The notes below the pieces were generated by a model. It did no database searches. It had not been told where the DNA came from and was given only the letters and a program-made list of their open reading frames with translations. A stretch of DNA of 64,000 nucleotides, from positions 1-64,000 of the forward strand of contig MU054163.1 in the NCBI GenBank assembly GCA_013239625.1. The letters run 5' to 3'. Position numbers and translations under genes: made by a program. Positions 1 through 10,700 of the stretch are shown here, piece after piece. This stretch comes from Lama guanicoe (lineage: Eukaryota). How positions within the stretch are numbered: position 1 is the first letter of the stretch; each line of letters opens with the position of its first letter.

Positions 1-1257
1 GAGGGTGCAGTGAAGTCCCTGGGGAGGGGGCACGGCTGGGAGTCCCCAGTGGCCTGACTGCAGAAGCAGATAGCAGAGCCGGTGATTCACCTGGATGAAC
101 AGAAACCCCCAGAGGAAAGACCACTTCCTCCCACCAAACCCGCCTGGCCCTGCTGGCTGAGCGACTGCTCGGTGTCCCGGGAAGGGTCTCCCAGAAACTG
201 GGGACCCTGGGGTGTTGGGTGTGAACCTTTGCCAGAGCCTGGGCTGCACCCAGAGAGGTGGGGACCGTCCTCAGCCCAATGCGGGAGAAAGGCCCCGGAC
301 CTGTGCTCCCATCTCTGAGGCCCCAGAGGGAGTTGGTGGGTGGGGAAGGGGCACCCTGCCACAGACCACCGTGCCCTGCACGCTACCCCGAGTGTGCTGG
401 GCGTCACCCTGGGGAGGCAGGAGGAGCCCAGGCAGCCTCGCCTTGTGTCGAGAAGGTGACCCCTTCTCCACCTGCCCCTGGGCACGCTCAGTCAGCTGAG
501 GCCAAGTCCTGTTGGCTCTCGCTGAAGTCTCATCTCTTCACGCTGGGTTCCCTTGAGTCCAGGCACCCAGGAGGGAAGGGCGCCCACCCCCCGCAGTGGC
601 CTAACTCCGAGGCCACGCTGCTTGGGGTCCTCACTGGTGGACGGTGTCTCAGAAGAGGCTGCCCACTCTCTCTCGGGTCCCACTTCATCACGGGAGGCTC
701 AGCCCAGGGAAGGTGGGTCCTGGAGGAGGGGAGGCTGGCAGACCTGCCCCTCTAGGTCCAAAAGGACTTTCTCCAAGGTGGGGCTGGGGGCCAGAACGCA
801 TGACCCTGACCCCAGCCCCAACAGGGCAGACTAGGCGGGTCCCACATTCCCCTGCTGGGCAGCCGTCCAGAAGGGCGATGGGCATTGAGCCCAACCCCAC
901 CTGCGCGCCACTGACTCAGGATTAGGCTCCTGCCAGGTGGAAGACCCCCTCTCTTGGCAGCTAGCAAAGAACTAGGGATCTGGAGCTTTCCAAAATAAGC
1001 AGGTGAGGTCCCAGGCATCGCAGGGGAACTGTAGGTCCCTTCCAAGGTCCTGGGTGCTGACCGCTGGGTCCTGAGCAGCTCTAACCCTTGGAGCCACACC
1101 ACCAGCTCTGTTCTGACGTGGGCAGTTACAGTGTCCTGTGTCACCTGCAGGTGAGCGCTGCCTGGTGAGGTGGACGATCTATGCGGGGCTGAGAGAAATG
1201 GGCGAGCTGGGAGCACTGAACGTTGGAGGGCCCAGAGCTGGGAGAACAGTGAAGTGG

Positions 1258-1528
1258 GAGGAGGAGGGCGCGGAGGGGGAGAGGAGGGCAAGGAGGCGGC
1301 GGAGGAGGGCGCGGAGGGGGAGAGGAGGGCATGGAGGGGTTGGGATGGTGGGCCAGGAGGACACAGAGCCAGAGGAGGAGGGCGCGGAGGGGGAGAGGAG
1401 GGCAAGGAGGCGGCGGAGGAGGGCAAGGAAGGGGAGAGGAGGGCATGGAGGCGGCGGAGGAGGGCGCGGAGGGGGAGAGGAGGGCATGGAGGGGTTGGGA
1501 TGGTGGGCCAGGAGGACACAGAGCCAGG
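1258..1528 (+). repeat. G/A-rich minisatellite with higher-order duplication
   Basis: A ~41-bp unit GGAGGAGGGCGCGGAGGGGGAGAGGAGGGCA... occurs about 5 times. The block GGGGTTGGGATGGTGGGCCAGGAGGACACAGAGCCAG occurs twice. Confidence 0.85.
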
Positions 1529-2070
1529 ACCGGGCGCACAGGTGGGCGGCAGCGGCGGCAGAGGCATTTCTGGACACTTTCCGAATAGCCCTGGGGAGAG
1601 AATGCTCTTCTGCTTTGCCTGGAGGAAGCCGCACCTCACGACTCCTGCTGGGGGGGCACGAGGGCGGAACAGGACACCTGTGCTCCTGGGGGGACAGAGG
1701 GCTGCTCCTGGCCGCGCACCGCCGGCTCCCTTGCCAGGCACTGCTGGTCCGGAAGATTCCATCTGCCCAGCCCACCCCAGCAGGGTCCGTGCCACTGGGC
1801 AGCGCCTGCTCCAGACTCCAATGCTTTGCTGGCTGTTGGCCCCTTCCCCCCTTGGGGTCGGTCCTTCCCAACCCAGAGCGCCAGGTCGGCTTGCCGTCCC
1901 TCCTCCAGGGCCAACCTTCCCGGGCTCTGTCCCCACGCCTGCTGACAGGAGTCAGATCGCCCGGGGGAGGGGGCTTCTCCATGGCCCGCCCTGGGACGCC
2001 AACACCCCATTTCCTGGACTCAGGTTCTGCTGCCGGGAACAGAAAAGGGGTGCGGGTGAGGGCTGGGGCT

Positions 2071-2492
2071 CACGGACTGAAGAACTGCACGGCCTGAGAG
2101 TTAAAATTATGTTTTATCTGGTGGGCTCTCTGAGGACTTCAAGCCGGGAGGCAGATGGCTCTGAAGGGCTGCCCCGAGAGCGGGGAGGAGCCAGGATACA
2201 CAGGAGCTTGGTAAGACCCCAGGCGGTCGGCACATCAAAAGAGTACTGTTAATAAGACCAGCTATCTCAAGGTAAGGAATTTCAGGTGTCTCTGTGTCTG
2301 GGAAGACGCCAGAGCCTGGGCTCCTTGGAATCCTTCCTTTGAGGTGCAGCTGAGCTCCTAGGGCCAGTGTCCTGGGCTCTCCCCGCCTGAGACCCTCAGG
2401 GCTCAGGGTCCCGGGTGGCTGCCGTGGCTGAGGACTTGGTGGCTGCAACACCCTTTGCTCACGGACACGGCAGGTGATATTTTCCACTCACA
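2071..2492 (-). mobile_element. Solo LTR, family A (ERV1-like)
   Basis: Aligns by eye with 16579-16950 and with the reverse complement of 20084-20550. Confidence 0.7.
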
Positions 2493-3359
2493 GGAGGGCC
2501 CGCAGCTGGGGTCAGGTGGCGGGGAGGAAGGGGCAGGCGATGGCCACCCCAGCTCACACCGCACCTGCCCAGCTGGTTGTGGGCAGGGTCTGCCCCGGGG
2601 CCACTCCTGTGCCCACAAGTCTGGAGGCCACGGCAAAACCGGACGGGGGGCTGATTTCCAGGGCAGGGGGGTCTCCTCCGCCTGAAAAGCAGGGACCGCC
2701 GGGGCCGTCCCTCCACAGGTGGACCAAGGGCTCCTGCAGCCCTCCCACTGATGGGGACCCCGGGTTGAGGGCTACGGACCACCAAATGCAGCCTCATGGT
2801 AGGGTCTCAGACAGCCCCAGAGCCCACGGGACGTGGAGCTGACACCCACCCTCACACCCTGGGACCACCGGGGACTCACTTTCTTCACTCCCTGCAAACC
2901 TCACGTTAGCAACCAGTCAGCTGCGACGTGAGCCTCAAAGCCTGCTGGCCCCAGTCCCAGCTCTGAAACAGCCCTGTAACTTCTCAGGAATGTCTTTGTC
3001 TTTGTAACCCCCACCGTGTTGACTTCCCTCGGAGCACATTTGACTTGCTACTCGAATGTGTGCCTCCCAGTTGCAGATCCTAAAGCTCCCCAAAAGAGCC
3101 TTTTCTCTCTTTTCTCTCTTTTGCAGGCTTCTGCGGCCTTTCTCTCTCTCTCTCTCTCGTTTTTCTTTTCTCGACAGGCAAGGGAGTTGGACCGAGCACA
3201 GCCCGCCCCCAGAGGACCTGTCTGGGGCCGGGGCTCAGGCCCCTGGGCAGCAGAGCAGGAGGGAGAGGGGGGCTGGGCTGTCTCAGGGGCAGGCGGGAGC
3301 TCTCAGCAGGGCGCCCTCCCCAGGTGAGAACACAGCAGCCTCACACAGGAACGCCGGCT

Positions 3360-3365
3360 TTTATT
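3360..3365 (-). terminator. Polyadenylation signal of the IFITM gene
   Basis: AATAAA on the - strand ~57 nt after the stop codon. Confidence 0.75.
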
Positions 3366-3421
3366 CAGCTGTAGACGGGGGTGTGTATAAACTGCTGTGA
3401 AGGGGTGGCCGCGGGCAGCTA

Positions 3422-4335
3422 CTAGTAGCCTCCATACTCCTTTACAATCTGTGAAATCGCCTGGAAAATCATCAGGGAGCCAGTGGCAAAAATAATGATG
3501 AACACGATGGTCAGAAGGATGCCCAGCACCAGGGCGCAGACGTTCAGGCACTTGGCGGTGGAGGCGTAGCTCTGGGCCCCAAGGATGTCGCCCACCATCT
3601 TCCGGTCCCTGGACTGGGGGAGGAGAGATGGTGAGGGGGACCTGGGGCCGGGCCGGGTGAAGGCCAGGTGCCAAGACTCAGGTCCTCCCTGCTGGTCCCC
3701 CGGTGTCCAACACCCACTGGGGACCCACCCCTGCCCGTCCCCCCATAGCCTGAGCACGACCGTGCCCGGCGGGCCCTCCCTCCCCTCCTGGGGCCTGGAT
3801 CTCCCTCCTCACAGACTCTCAGCCTGTCCAGGAGGCCCCAGGGCTCACCGTCCCTCTGCTCTGGCCTCCTACTGGCCGCCCGCCCCACCACGGGGCAAAA
3901 GGCTGACGCCGGTCATCCCCACGCACCCCTGCAACCTCATCACGACCTGCACGCCTGGGCGTGCGCTCGCCCACACGCACACACACGCACACACAGAACT
4001 ATATGCACAAGGCCTCCCACAGCCCACGAGCCGTCTGGGCAGGGGCCTCGCCGGGCTCACGCTCCTTCCCCCAGGCACCCTCCCACCTTCACAGAGTAGG
4101 CGAATGCCACGAAGCCCAGGCAGCACACGTTCAGGAAGAGGGTGTTGAACAGGGACCAGATGATGTGGTCGGGCACGGAGGTCTCACTGCGGATGTTGAT
4201 CACAGTGGTCGTCACGGGGGCCGGGCTCTGGGAAGCCCCCAGCACCCCCACCTCGTGCTCCTCCTTGAGCATCTCATACGCCGGGGGTATGCCCACGTGG
4301 GCACCGGGGAAGGCGGCCTGGGCGACGCGGTTCAT
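3422..4335 (-). CDS. IFITM3: Interferon-induced transmembrane protein, IFITM2/IFITM3-type (CD225 family), 2 coding exons, 146 aa
   Basis: Exon 1 is 4335-4087 (MNRVAQ...[13 protein letters not shown]...[30 protein letters not shown]), followed by a GT-AG intron. Exon 2 is 3613-3422 ([24 protein letters not shown]...EYGGY*). Y20/YEML, C71/C72/C105 and G91xxxG95 match human IFITM3 numbering. Paralog identity is uncertain because the gene lies in the position and orientation of human IFITM2. Confidence 0.92.
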
Positions 4336-4404
4336 GGTGCCAGAAGAGAGAAGCTGCGGTTGGGACGGCGGCACGGTGCTCGGGGGACCCACCCTCTCCC
4401 CAGT

Positions 4405-4455
4405 AGTTTCGATTTCTCTAAAATTTCTCTTGCCTGGAGTTTTGGGAAACGGAAA
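4405..4455. promoter_or_regulatory. ISRE plus second IRF-type element in the IFITM promoter
   Basis: AGTTTCGATTTCTC at 4405-4418 matches the ISRE consensus AGTTTCNNTTTCNC, ~70 bp upstream of the ATG. GAAACGGAAA (GAAANNGAAA) lies at 4446-4455. Confidence 0.85.
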
Positions 4456-4734
4456 TGGGCTGGTACTGGGGGCGGGCTGAACCGCTGCGTGTCAGGTTAC
4501 ACAGGGGTGGGCGGAGGGGGGGCCGGGGGCTCAGAGGGCGCTTCCTGTCCCAGAGGCTGGAGGTGGCCGAACATTTTCCTTCCTCCCTCCATGGCCTGAC
4601 TTGGCTGAGATCCCCTGTTTCGAAAAGACAGGTTAACTGGGGAAAAGTAAATATCAGTTGAATAACATGCGTTGCATCCTGTGTACATGGGAGACACCCA
4701 GGAAAACTGAGAAACTCCCCGAAATGGCTGAAGC

Positions 4735-5239
4735 TGCGACAGGAGGGAGGCAGGCAGGGCACAGCCATTAAAGGAACCACACAGCCATTAGCACCAATAT
4801 TTCGGGAGGTTTGGTGCCGGTTGATCTTGAGCCTCGCGTGGGCTCATTGTAAAGTAGGAGCCTGCTGAAGGGCCCTCCCACAGGGGCCGGGGCAGTTCCG
4901 AGGCTGACCATAAAAGGTCAAAAAGTGGGCAGCGGCCCCGTTCCTGGGAACCCCTGCCCCTTCCCCGGAGTGGTTGGAACAACCCTCCCACTTGTCAGCA
5001 GGAGCAGCTCGCGAGCCCAGAGAAGCTAGCAACCCCGCGCCTCGCGGCCTCTGGATCCCTCCCCACGGGAGCAGCCCCACACGCGGTCTAAGGAGTAAAT
5101 CCACTTTGTCTCAGTCGTGGCTCGATCCGGAATTCTTACCTGCGAGACGCCAAGGACCCTCACTTGGCGGGGCGCGTCCCAGGGGCTCAGACCCGACATG
5201 GGACACGGCCATCCTCTCGCCCCATGTTTTCCTGTATCA
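4735..5239 (+). mobile_element. Solo LTR, family B (MER41-like), nested in an older LTR-like repeat (~4590-5530)
   Basis: TG...CA ends. Shares its start (TGxGACAGGAGGGA..GGGCACAGCCA) and end (GAATTC..CCTGCG...CCAAGGACCC...TTTTCCTG.ATCA) with the copies at 12454, 22142 and 23065. Confidence 0.8.
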
Positions 5240-6171
5240 GGGCCACCACCCGAAGTGCCACCTCCACCAGAGACCAATGGCGCTGGGGGGAGAGGCCCGT
5301 TGCGGGGGGACCCAGAACAGCACACGAACAAGGGTCCGGCCTCATGCAGCCCCAAGTCCTGCCTCCTCCAGCCACAAGACTTTCGAGAAAGGAGTCGTCC
5401 CCCTTCCTGGCACAAGAGGAGACAGCCTTACAAACAGGTTCCCTCTGTGCAGTAAATGTCTCTTGCAAAGTGCGACCTTTACTCAGCTTCAGAGCATCTC
5501 CGCGGTGTACCCAGCTCCAAATGGTCGATAGGACAAGGAGGCGTATTTTGGGGTGATGAATTCTGCTTCCCTTCCTACTCAAGTCACTCCTGCCCCAGCC
5601 GCCCCCACCCCTATACAGGGGTGTGGTCAGGCCCCGGGGGCTCCTCCCCAGCCTGGGGGTCTGGGGACCCAAGCCTGCTGCAGGCCCTCCCTGCCCCCAC
5701 GCAGGGCCCTGCCAGCCCCTCACAGCCCCCACACCCCAGCCCCCAGAGGGAGCAGCGCCCCGGAGCCCGCACCGCAGCTGCACACCCTCCCCCTGACGAG
5801 CACTGTGCCGTCCCGGTTCTGAGTCCGAGCTCCAGGCGGGCTTGGGGGCCTGCCTGGCTGCAGGCGGGCACCCAGAAGCCCGTGTTGCCTGCCCCGGGGG
5901 AGCCTCCCATGATCTCCCAAGGGCTCCCACGAGCAGGACACTGGGAGCTGCTGACCCGAGGAGGCAGCCGTGGTGGGAGCCCTTTGGCAGCAGCTTCGGG
6001 GCCCAGGGCCTGCGTGCTTGTGCGGCCCACCTCTGCTGCCTCCCTCCTTCCCCCACCCCTGGCATTTCACACAGGAACTGGGTGTTGGTGGGACAGCTCC
6101 TTGGCTGTGGGCCCTGTGCCCCCTTCTCAGGGATGGACGGGGTCAGCTCAGCTCAGGCCAGGACTCAGCTC

Positions 6172-7210
6172 TCTCAAGACTTAAAAACTGCCTGTTATTT
6201 TACCTGCAAAATGGGTTTATTGAGGAATAACAGATTATTACTCAGAATAAGCAACCAATTGCCAAAACTGAGCAAATTCATGAGACAAAGGAAAAAAATG
6301 TTACATACAGAGAAAGAGGAGGCAGTTGGGTGCCCGGGGCGCTGCTTTGAAGGAAAGTCAATTGGGGGAACGGTTCAGGGTGGTGGTAGGTCCAACGGTC
6401 TTGAGAAGAAAACGCTGGGCTGGGCCTACTTGTAAATCTAAGGTGAAGAGTGTGGGTACCTGTTATGTTCTAATTAGCTGAGTCCTTGTTCCCTGATTCT
6501 CTGCTCCCCTTTTGTGATGTTGCTGAGCTGTTCGCGCCTTATTGGCCAGAATATCCCAAGCTTGTAATCTACCCAAGAAAACCTCCCGCCCACGTCTTGG
6601 AGGTGCTCAGAGCCCCAGAGCGATAGCCCCTCTGAGCCTGCCGGCGTAAGGAAGCTGAGAACCCCAGCCCCCGAGTGGAGCTTGCTTCTTGGCCAACCTG
6701 TCGTTTCCATAGCAGTGCGTGTCACTGGGTGCCGCTGGCTGGGCTTGCTGCTGGTGGGGAGCGTCTTCCACTACCCTTGTAAGTTCTGGCTGGTCTACGG
6801 ATTAAGTGGGCATGAGACAGTTTAACAGGAGAAAACCACAAAAAATTTCAATAATATGTGTACGTGGGAGAGCCCCAGGAAACTGAGTCGCTTGCCACAA
6901 TGGTGACGCCCTCACCAGAAACACTGTCTCCAGCTGAGACCAAGGGGGCACTGGGGAGAGGTCTGGGACCTCAAGTGGGAGGGAGGATATTGACATGGAG
7001 TTGGGAAAGCAAATGTTGGTAAACCAGTGTTTGCCCGGCCAGCAGAAATAGCAGGAAAGAGTGGACTCTGGTCTCTAACAAGTCCTTCATCTAAATTATT
7101 TGAGGCAGGTATGGGGAGGTAACAAGAAAACTTCCTGAGTCTTCTGTGTCTTACGAATAATCAATCTAAATCAATCCTCAGTCCAAAGAGACACATTTCA
7201 AGGTGACCAG
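6172..7210. mobile_element. Cluster of LTR fragments
   Basis: 6172-6240 is the reverse complement of the LTR end at ~8140-8207. 6810-6960 resembles 4625-4734 plus 5240-5290. Confidence 0.55.
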
Positions 7211-7639
7211 TGTCACCGCCTGCACCTGGCACTCTTGAGGCTGTGGGAGAAGACAGCTCTCCTAGCGTTGGACACCAGCGTCTCATCGTGTTTGCAGTGA
7301 TCCGGGGGAAAAGCCCTCCCAGTGGAGGCAAACCGGGAGCCATGTCTGCATCTGGGGAGATCCTGTTTATGGTGCTGAGGAGGCTTGATGGGTGGATCCA
7401 CAGGGGCTTCTGATCTGCTGTGGAGAGAAAACAGGACAGTAAATGCAACAAGAGCACACTGCGTTTTTACCCTGCAGCTGTCAAATCAGAGTTGCCCAAA
7501 CACAGACCTCTGCTTACAAAGTCGGGGCTGGGTTGTGCTCCTGAGTTGCAGCACCTGCAGACCCGCTGGTGCGAAGGCATCCGCACCACTCACCCAAGGC
7601 ACCGGCCTCCCTGCAGCCTGTCTTATAACACAGATCTTG

Positions 7640-7734
7640 TGTTTGTTTTCTTTTTTCAGTGGAGGTGCTGGGGACTGAACCCAGGACCTTGTGCATGCTA
7701 AGCATGTACTCTACCACTGAGCTATATCCTCCCC
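7640..7734 (-). mobile_element. tRNA-derived camelid SINE (Vic-1 type)
   Basis: The - strand reads GGGGAGGATATAGCTCAGTGGTAGAG...GGTTCAGTCCCCAGCACCTCC followed by an A-rich tail, with A and B boxes. TSD CAGA(T/C)CTTG at 7631-7639 and 7735-7743. Confidence 0.88.
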
Positions 7735-7744
7735 CAGACCTTGC

Positions 7745-8207
7745 TTTTCCATCCCAGGGTTGGGTTAAATTGGAACGAGGAATGGGGTCTGGAATTAATT
7801 AAAGAAACTCATCTATGGTTGGAGTCAGGACAGCCCTGTAAGGGGAGCTCTCACACCTGCCACGCATCCTCAATTACTGCAAAGAGAAAAAGAGTCCCCT
7901 ATGCCTCTGCAGGAAGGCACCTCTACCTACAACCAATCAGGAAGAAGGAAATCCCTCTGCGCCCCAGGACAGCCCAGCCAATCCAGGCCTGCAGCGGCCC
8001 CGCCCACGGGGAGCCTCCGTACTCTGGGCTCCCGGCTCCTGCAGCTCCCCCTTCTCCCTGTAAAGGCAAGTTCCCTCCCTTGGTCTCTGGATTCGCCTGT
8101 GGCCCAGCGCGGTTCGCAGGTCCAGAATTGCCGTTCCTCTGCTATTCCTGAGTGAACCCGCCTTTGCTGGTGAAGTAACTGGCGGTTTTATTAGCACAGT
8201 TGACGAC
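7745..8207 (+). mobile_element. LTR (ERV1-like)
   Basis: Contains CCAAT boxes. Its 3' end is homologous to the inverted copy at 6172. Confidence 0.55.
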
Positions 8208-8299
8208 AGCCGTGTACAGCTCTGCGTGGACACGTTTTCGTTTCTCTGGTGAATATACCTAGGCGTGGACGTGCTGGGTCACACGGTGACTCCTTTTCA

Positions 8300-10700
8300 G
8301 TTGCTGCCGGACTGTTTTTCAGATGGCTCAGGGCTCAGTATTTCTGCCAGGGCCCTGTCTGTGTTAACAACTTGAGTTACCAAGATCAGTGCATCTGCTC
8401 CTTTCCGAGAAATCCTCAGAACAATTTAGACATAAAGAGGCACTTGGAATTCCGGCAAAATTCCTTACAGGGTCAGCTAAGTGGTCGTGGCTGTCTTTGA
8501 TAGATCAAGGTTTCTGATGGCAAATCCAACAGTCTTTTTGCAAGGGATTGGGAAATGCAGGTAAGGACATTGCTTTTCCATGAAAGAGAGGGAGAGAGTA
8601 AAGTAAGAAGCAACGCTGAGAAAGGGGTGCACAGGCCTGGCCCGGACATTTTGGGAAGGTATCTGGTCAGATGCCGTCTGCTTCCATCTGGGAGATCTTT
8701 ACCTTCAGGTCCCTGGATGGTGGGCAGGTCCACTTGGGGATTGGTGCTTTATTTACGTGTCACCTGATGCCAGGAGCCCGTCCCTGGAGTTTGGTGGCAT
8801 AATGTTTGGTCAGCAGTACCTGACAGCAGCCTCTCCACACAGGTGGATGAGTCTTTCTGGGGATGTCTTTTCCAATAGACAAAACCTCCAGGTTGTAAGG
8901 TACGATGCTGTGGGCTGTCTACAAGGGATTCAGTCCGTTGAGAAAACATACAGACCACAATGCAAACATGTTTGCATCTGAGAGATGGGGCAGCTGTGTG
9001 AAATCCACTTGCCACACCTTGAATGGCCCGTTCTAGACAGTTTAGAATGTTGAGGAACAGTGTGAACAGGCTTACCTGGGTCACATTTTGGACAAATGAG
9101 GCAGGTGCTCTTTTCAGACTTATTAGCATTTCCCACTGATACTGGTTCACGAAGGTTGTCATCTTCTCATGGACCAGCGGCTCAGTGCACGGACACAGGT
9201 CAGGAGTAGGAACTGCAGGACTTCTGGGAAGACCAGGCTGTCGTTTGGCCCAAACCAGAGTTTCTCTTTCTCCACTGAGCCAACAGCTGTCAGGTTTCTG
9301 ATATTGCTTTTCCTTTCCCAGGGGCACATGTCGGGCATCTTCAGTCAACTTCTCCACGTTGGTATCCAGAGGAACATCCTTTGGGACCACGACAGAGGCT
9401 CAGCTACTGTTTTCCTTGGAGAACAGCTCTTCTGGTGGAAACACCAGCAAGGTGTTTTCCTTTAGCCCTGGTGGGGCCCTGGGCAGGCCACCCAATGGCA
9501 TACTGAGCATCGTGAATTAAAGTTGCCTCAGACACAGCTGTTGCAAGAGGGGCGCTGACCCTCTTCTCTGTTCCAAGCAGGGAGTAAAGTCCTCATGTGA
9601 AAGGTGCCCTCCCTGCATCTGCAAGTAGGACATTGTTTGTTTCTTTGTTTGTTTGCTTTTAACTGACTTACTGTCAGTCTACAATGTTGTGTCAGTTTCT
9701 GGTGTGCAGCACAGTTTTCCAGCCGTATGTGAATATGCATATATTCATTTTCGTATTCTTTTTCACCGTGAGCTACTACAAGATCTTGACTACATTTCCC
9801 TGTGCTGTACAGTATTGTCAGAAGCCCAAACTCTGTTTAGATTCTTCACTAATTAAGCACCCAAAACCTAAGTTTCTTTGTCCTGTGAGTCCCTCACAAA
9901 TTTACTGTTTGTCTAATAAGTATAAAAGCTTCCTGCCTTAGCCACTTCTTAGATCTCATTTCTGTGAGACTCCAGTGCTCATGAGTTAAAATTTGTCTCT
10001 TCTATTAATTCTATTATTAGTCCAGCTACAAAAACTCCAGAGGGGTAGAGGGAACGTCCCCAGCCCAGCAGCCTCTAGGGAGTCAAGCTCGGAATGCAGG
10101 GACCTTGATAACGGCCAAGGCAGCTGGCGAGAGTACTCGTAGATGTTGGACACGAGCCATTTTTAATCTTTTCCCCATTAGAGGTAAGAAAACCTCGCTG
10201 CTTCCATAAGCATCCCCAGGTCACGGGCTACCCAAAGGCATACGACTACCGGTGAGAAGGCTGGTGGGTTTGCCCTGGGCAAAACCCTAGCGAGGGCATT
10301 TGCTCCTTGGTAATGAAGCACCTAGGGGCTGGGCCGTGAGAGAGGAATTTGGGATCCAGTTTCGACAGTAGCCAGCTGGCCAGAGAAAACCTCATAATTG
10401 GGGCTTAGCTTTAGGTTTGGGAAAGCTCAGGATGCAGTGAAGTCTACCTGGATCCAAATGTCATCTTTGTTCTGAGATCAGGTGCCCTAAATATCCATCC
10501 TGAGTTTGAGTGACTGCAGTTTTTCCTTGGAGACTTATGTCCCTTCAAGGCCAAAAGCTCTAACAGGTGGAGGCTGGCTCTTGGGAAGAGGTCTGGGGAA
10601 GGGAAGCAGATCACCTTCGTGCTGTAGCAGAGCCGAGTCTGCAGAAGAATTTATCTCACCGGGGCGCAGCTCCCCAGACCTGTGAGAGGTAGCAGGGACT
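8300..10700 (-). mobile_element. Decayed class I (gamma-like) ERV pol: RT, RNase H and integrase remnants, interrupted by an LTR (~9510-10070) and an L1 3' fragment (~9640-9812)
   Basis: Frameshifted - strand peptides occur in retroviral order: LLQHEGDLL (~10604-10630, decayed LQYVDDLL); VSKEKLQ..YLGHLIS..GFLWPAGYCRNWIPN (10340-10535); WKQRGFLTSNGEKIKNG..ALAVIKVP (10090-10210); CLICPKCDPGKP, GPFKVWQVDFTQLP and VVCMFS (8940-9105). Confidence 0.85.

Noticed and set aside
752..2252. Long overlapping ORFs (267-394 aa) on both strands
   Set aside because: Low-complexity translations of a GC-rich minisatellite region with few stop codons and no domain similarity.
4336..4392. N-terminal extension of the IFITM ORF; similar extension for IFITM5 at 27864
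   Set aside because: Both begin at non-ATG codons called by the ORF finder, in promoter or UTR sequence.
7640..7734. Possible tRNA gene
   Set aside because: Has A/B boxes but also an A-rich tail and TSD, so it is a SINE.
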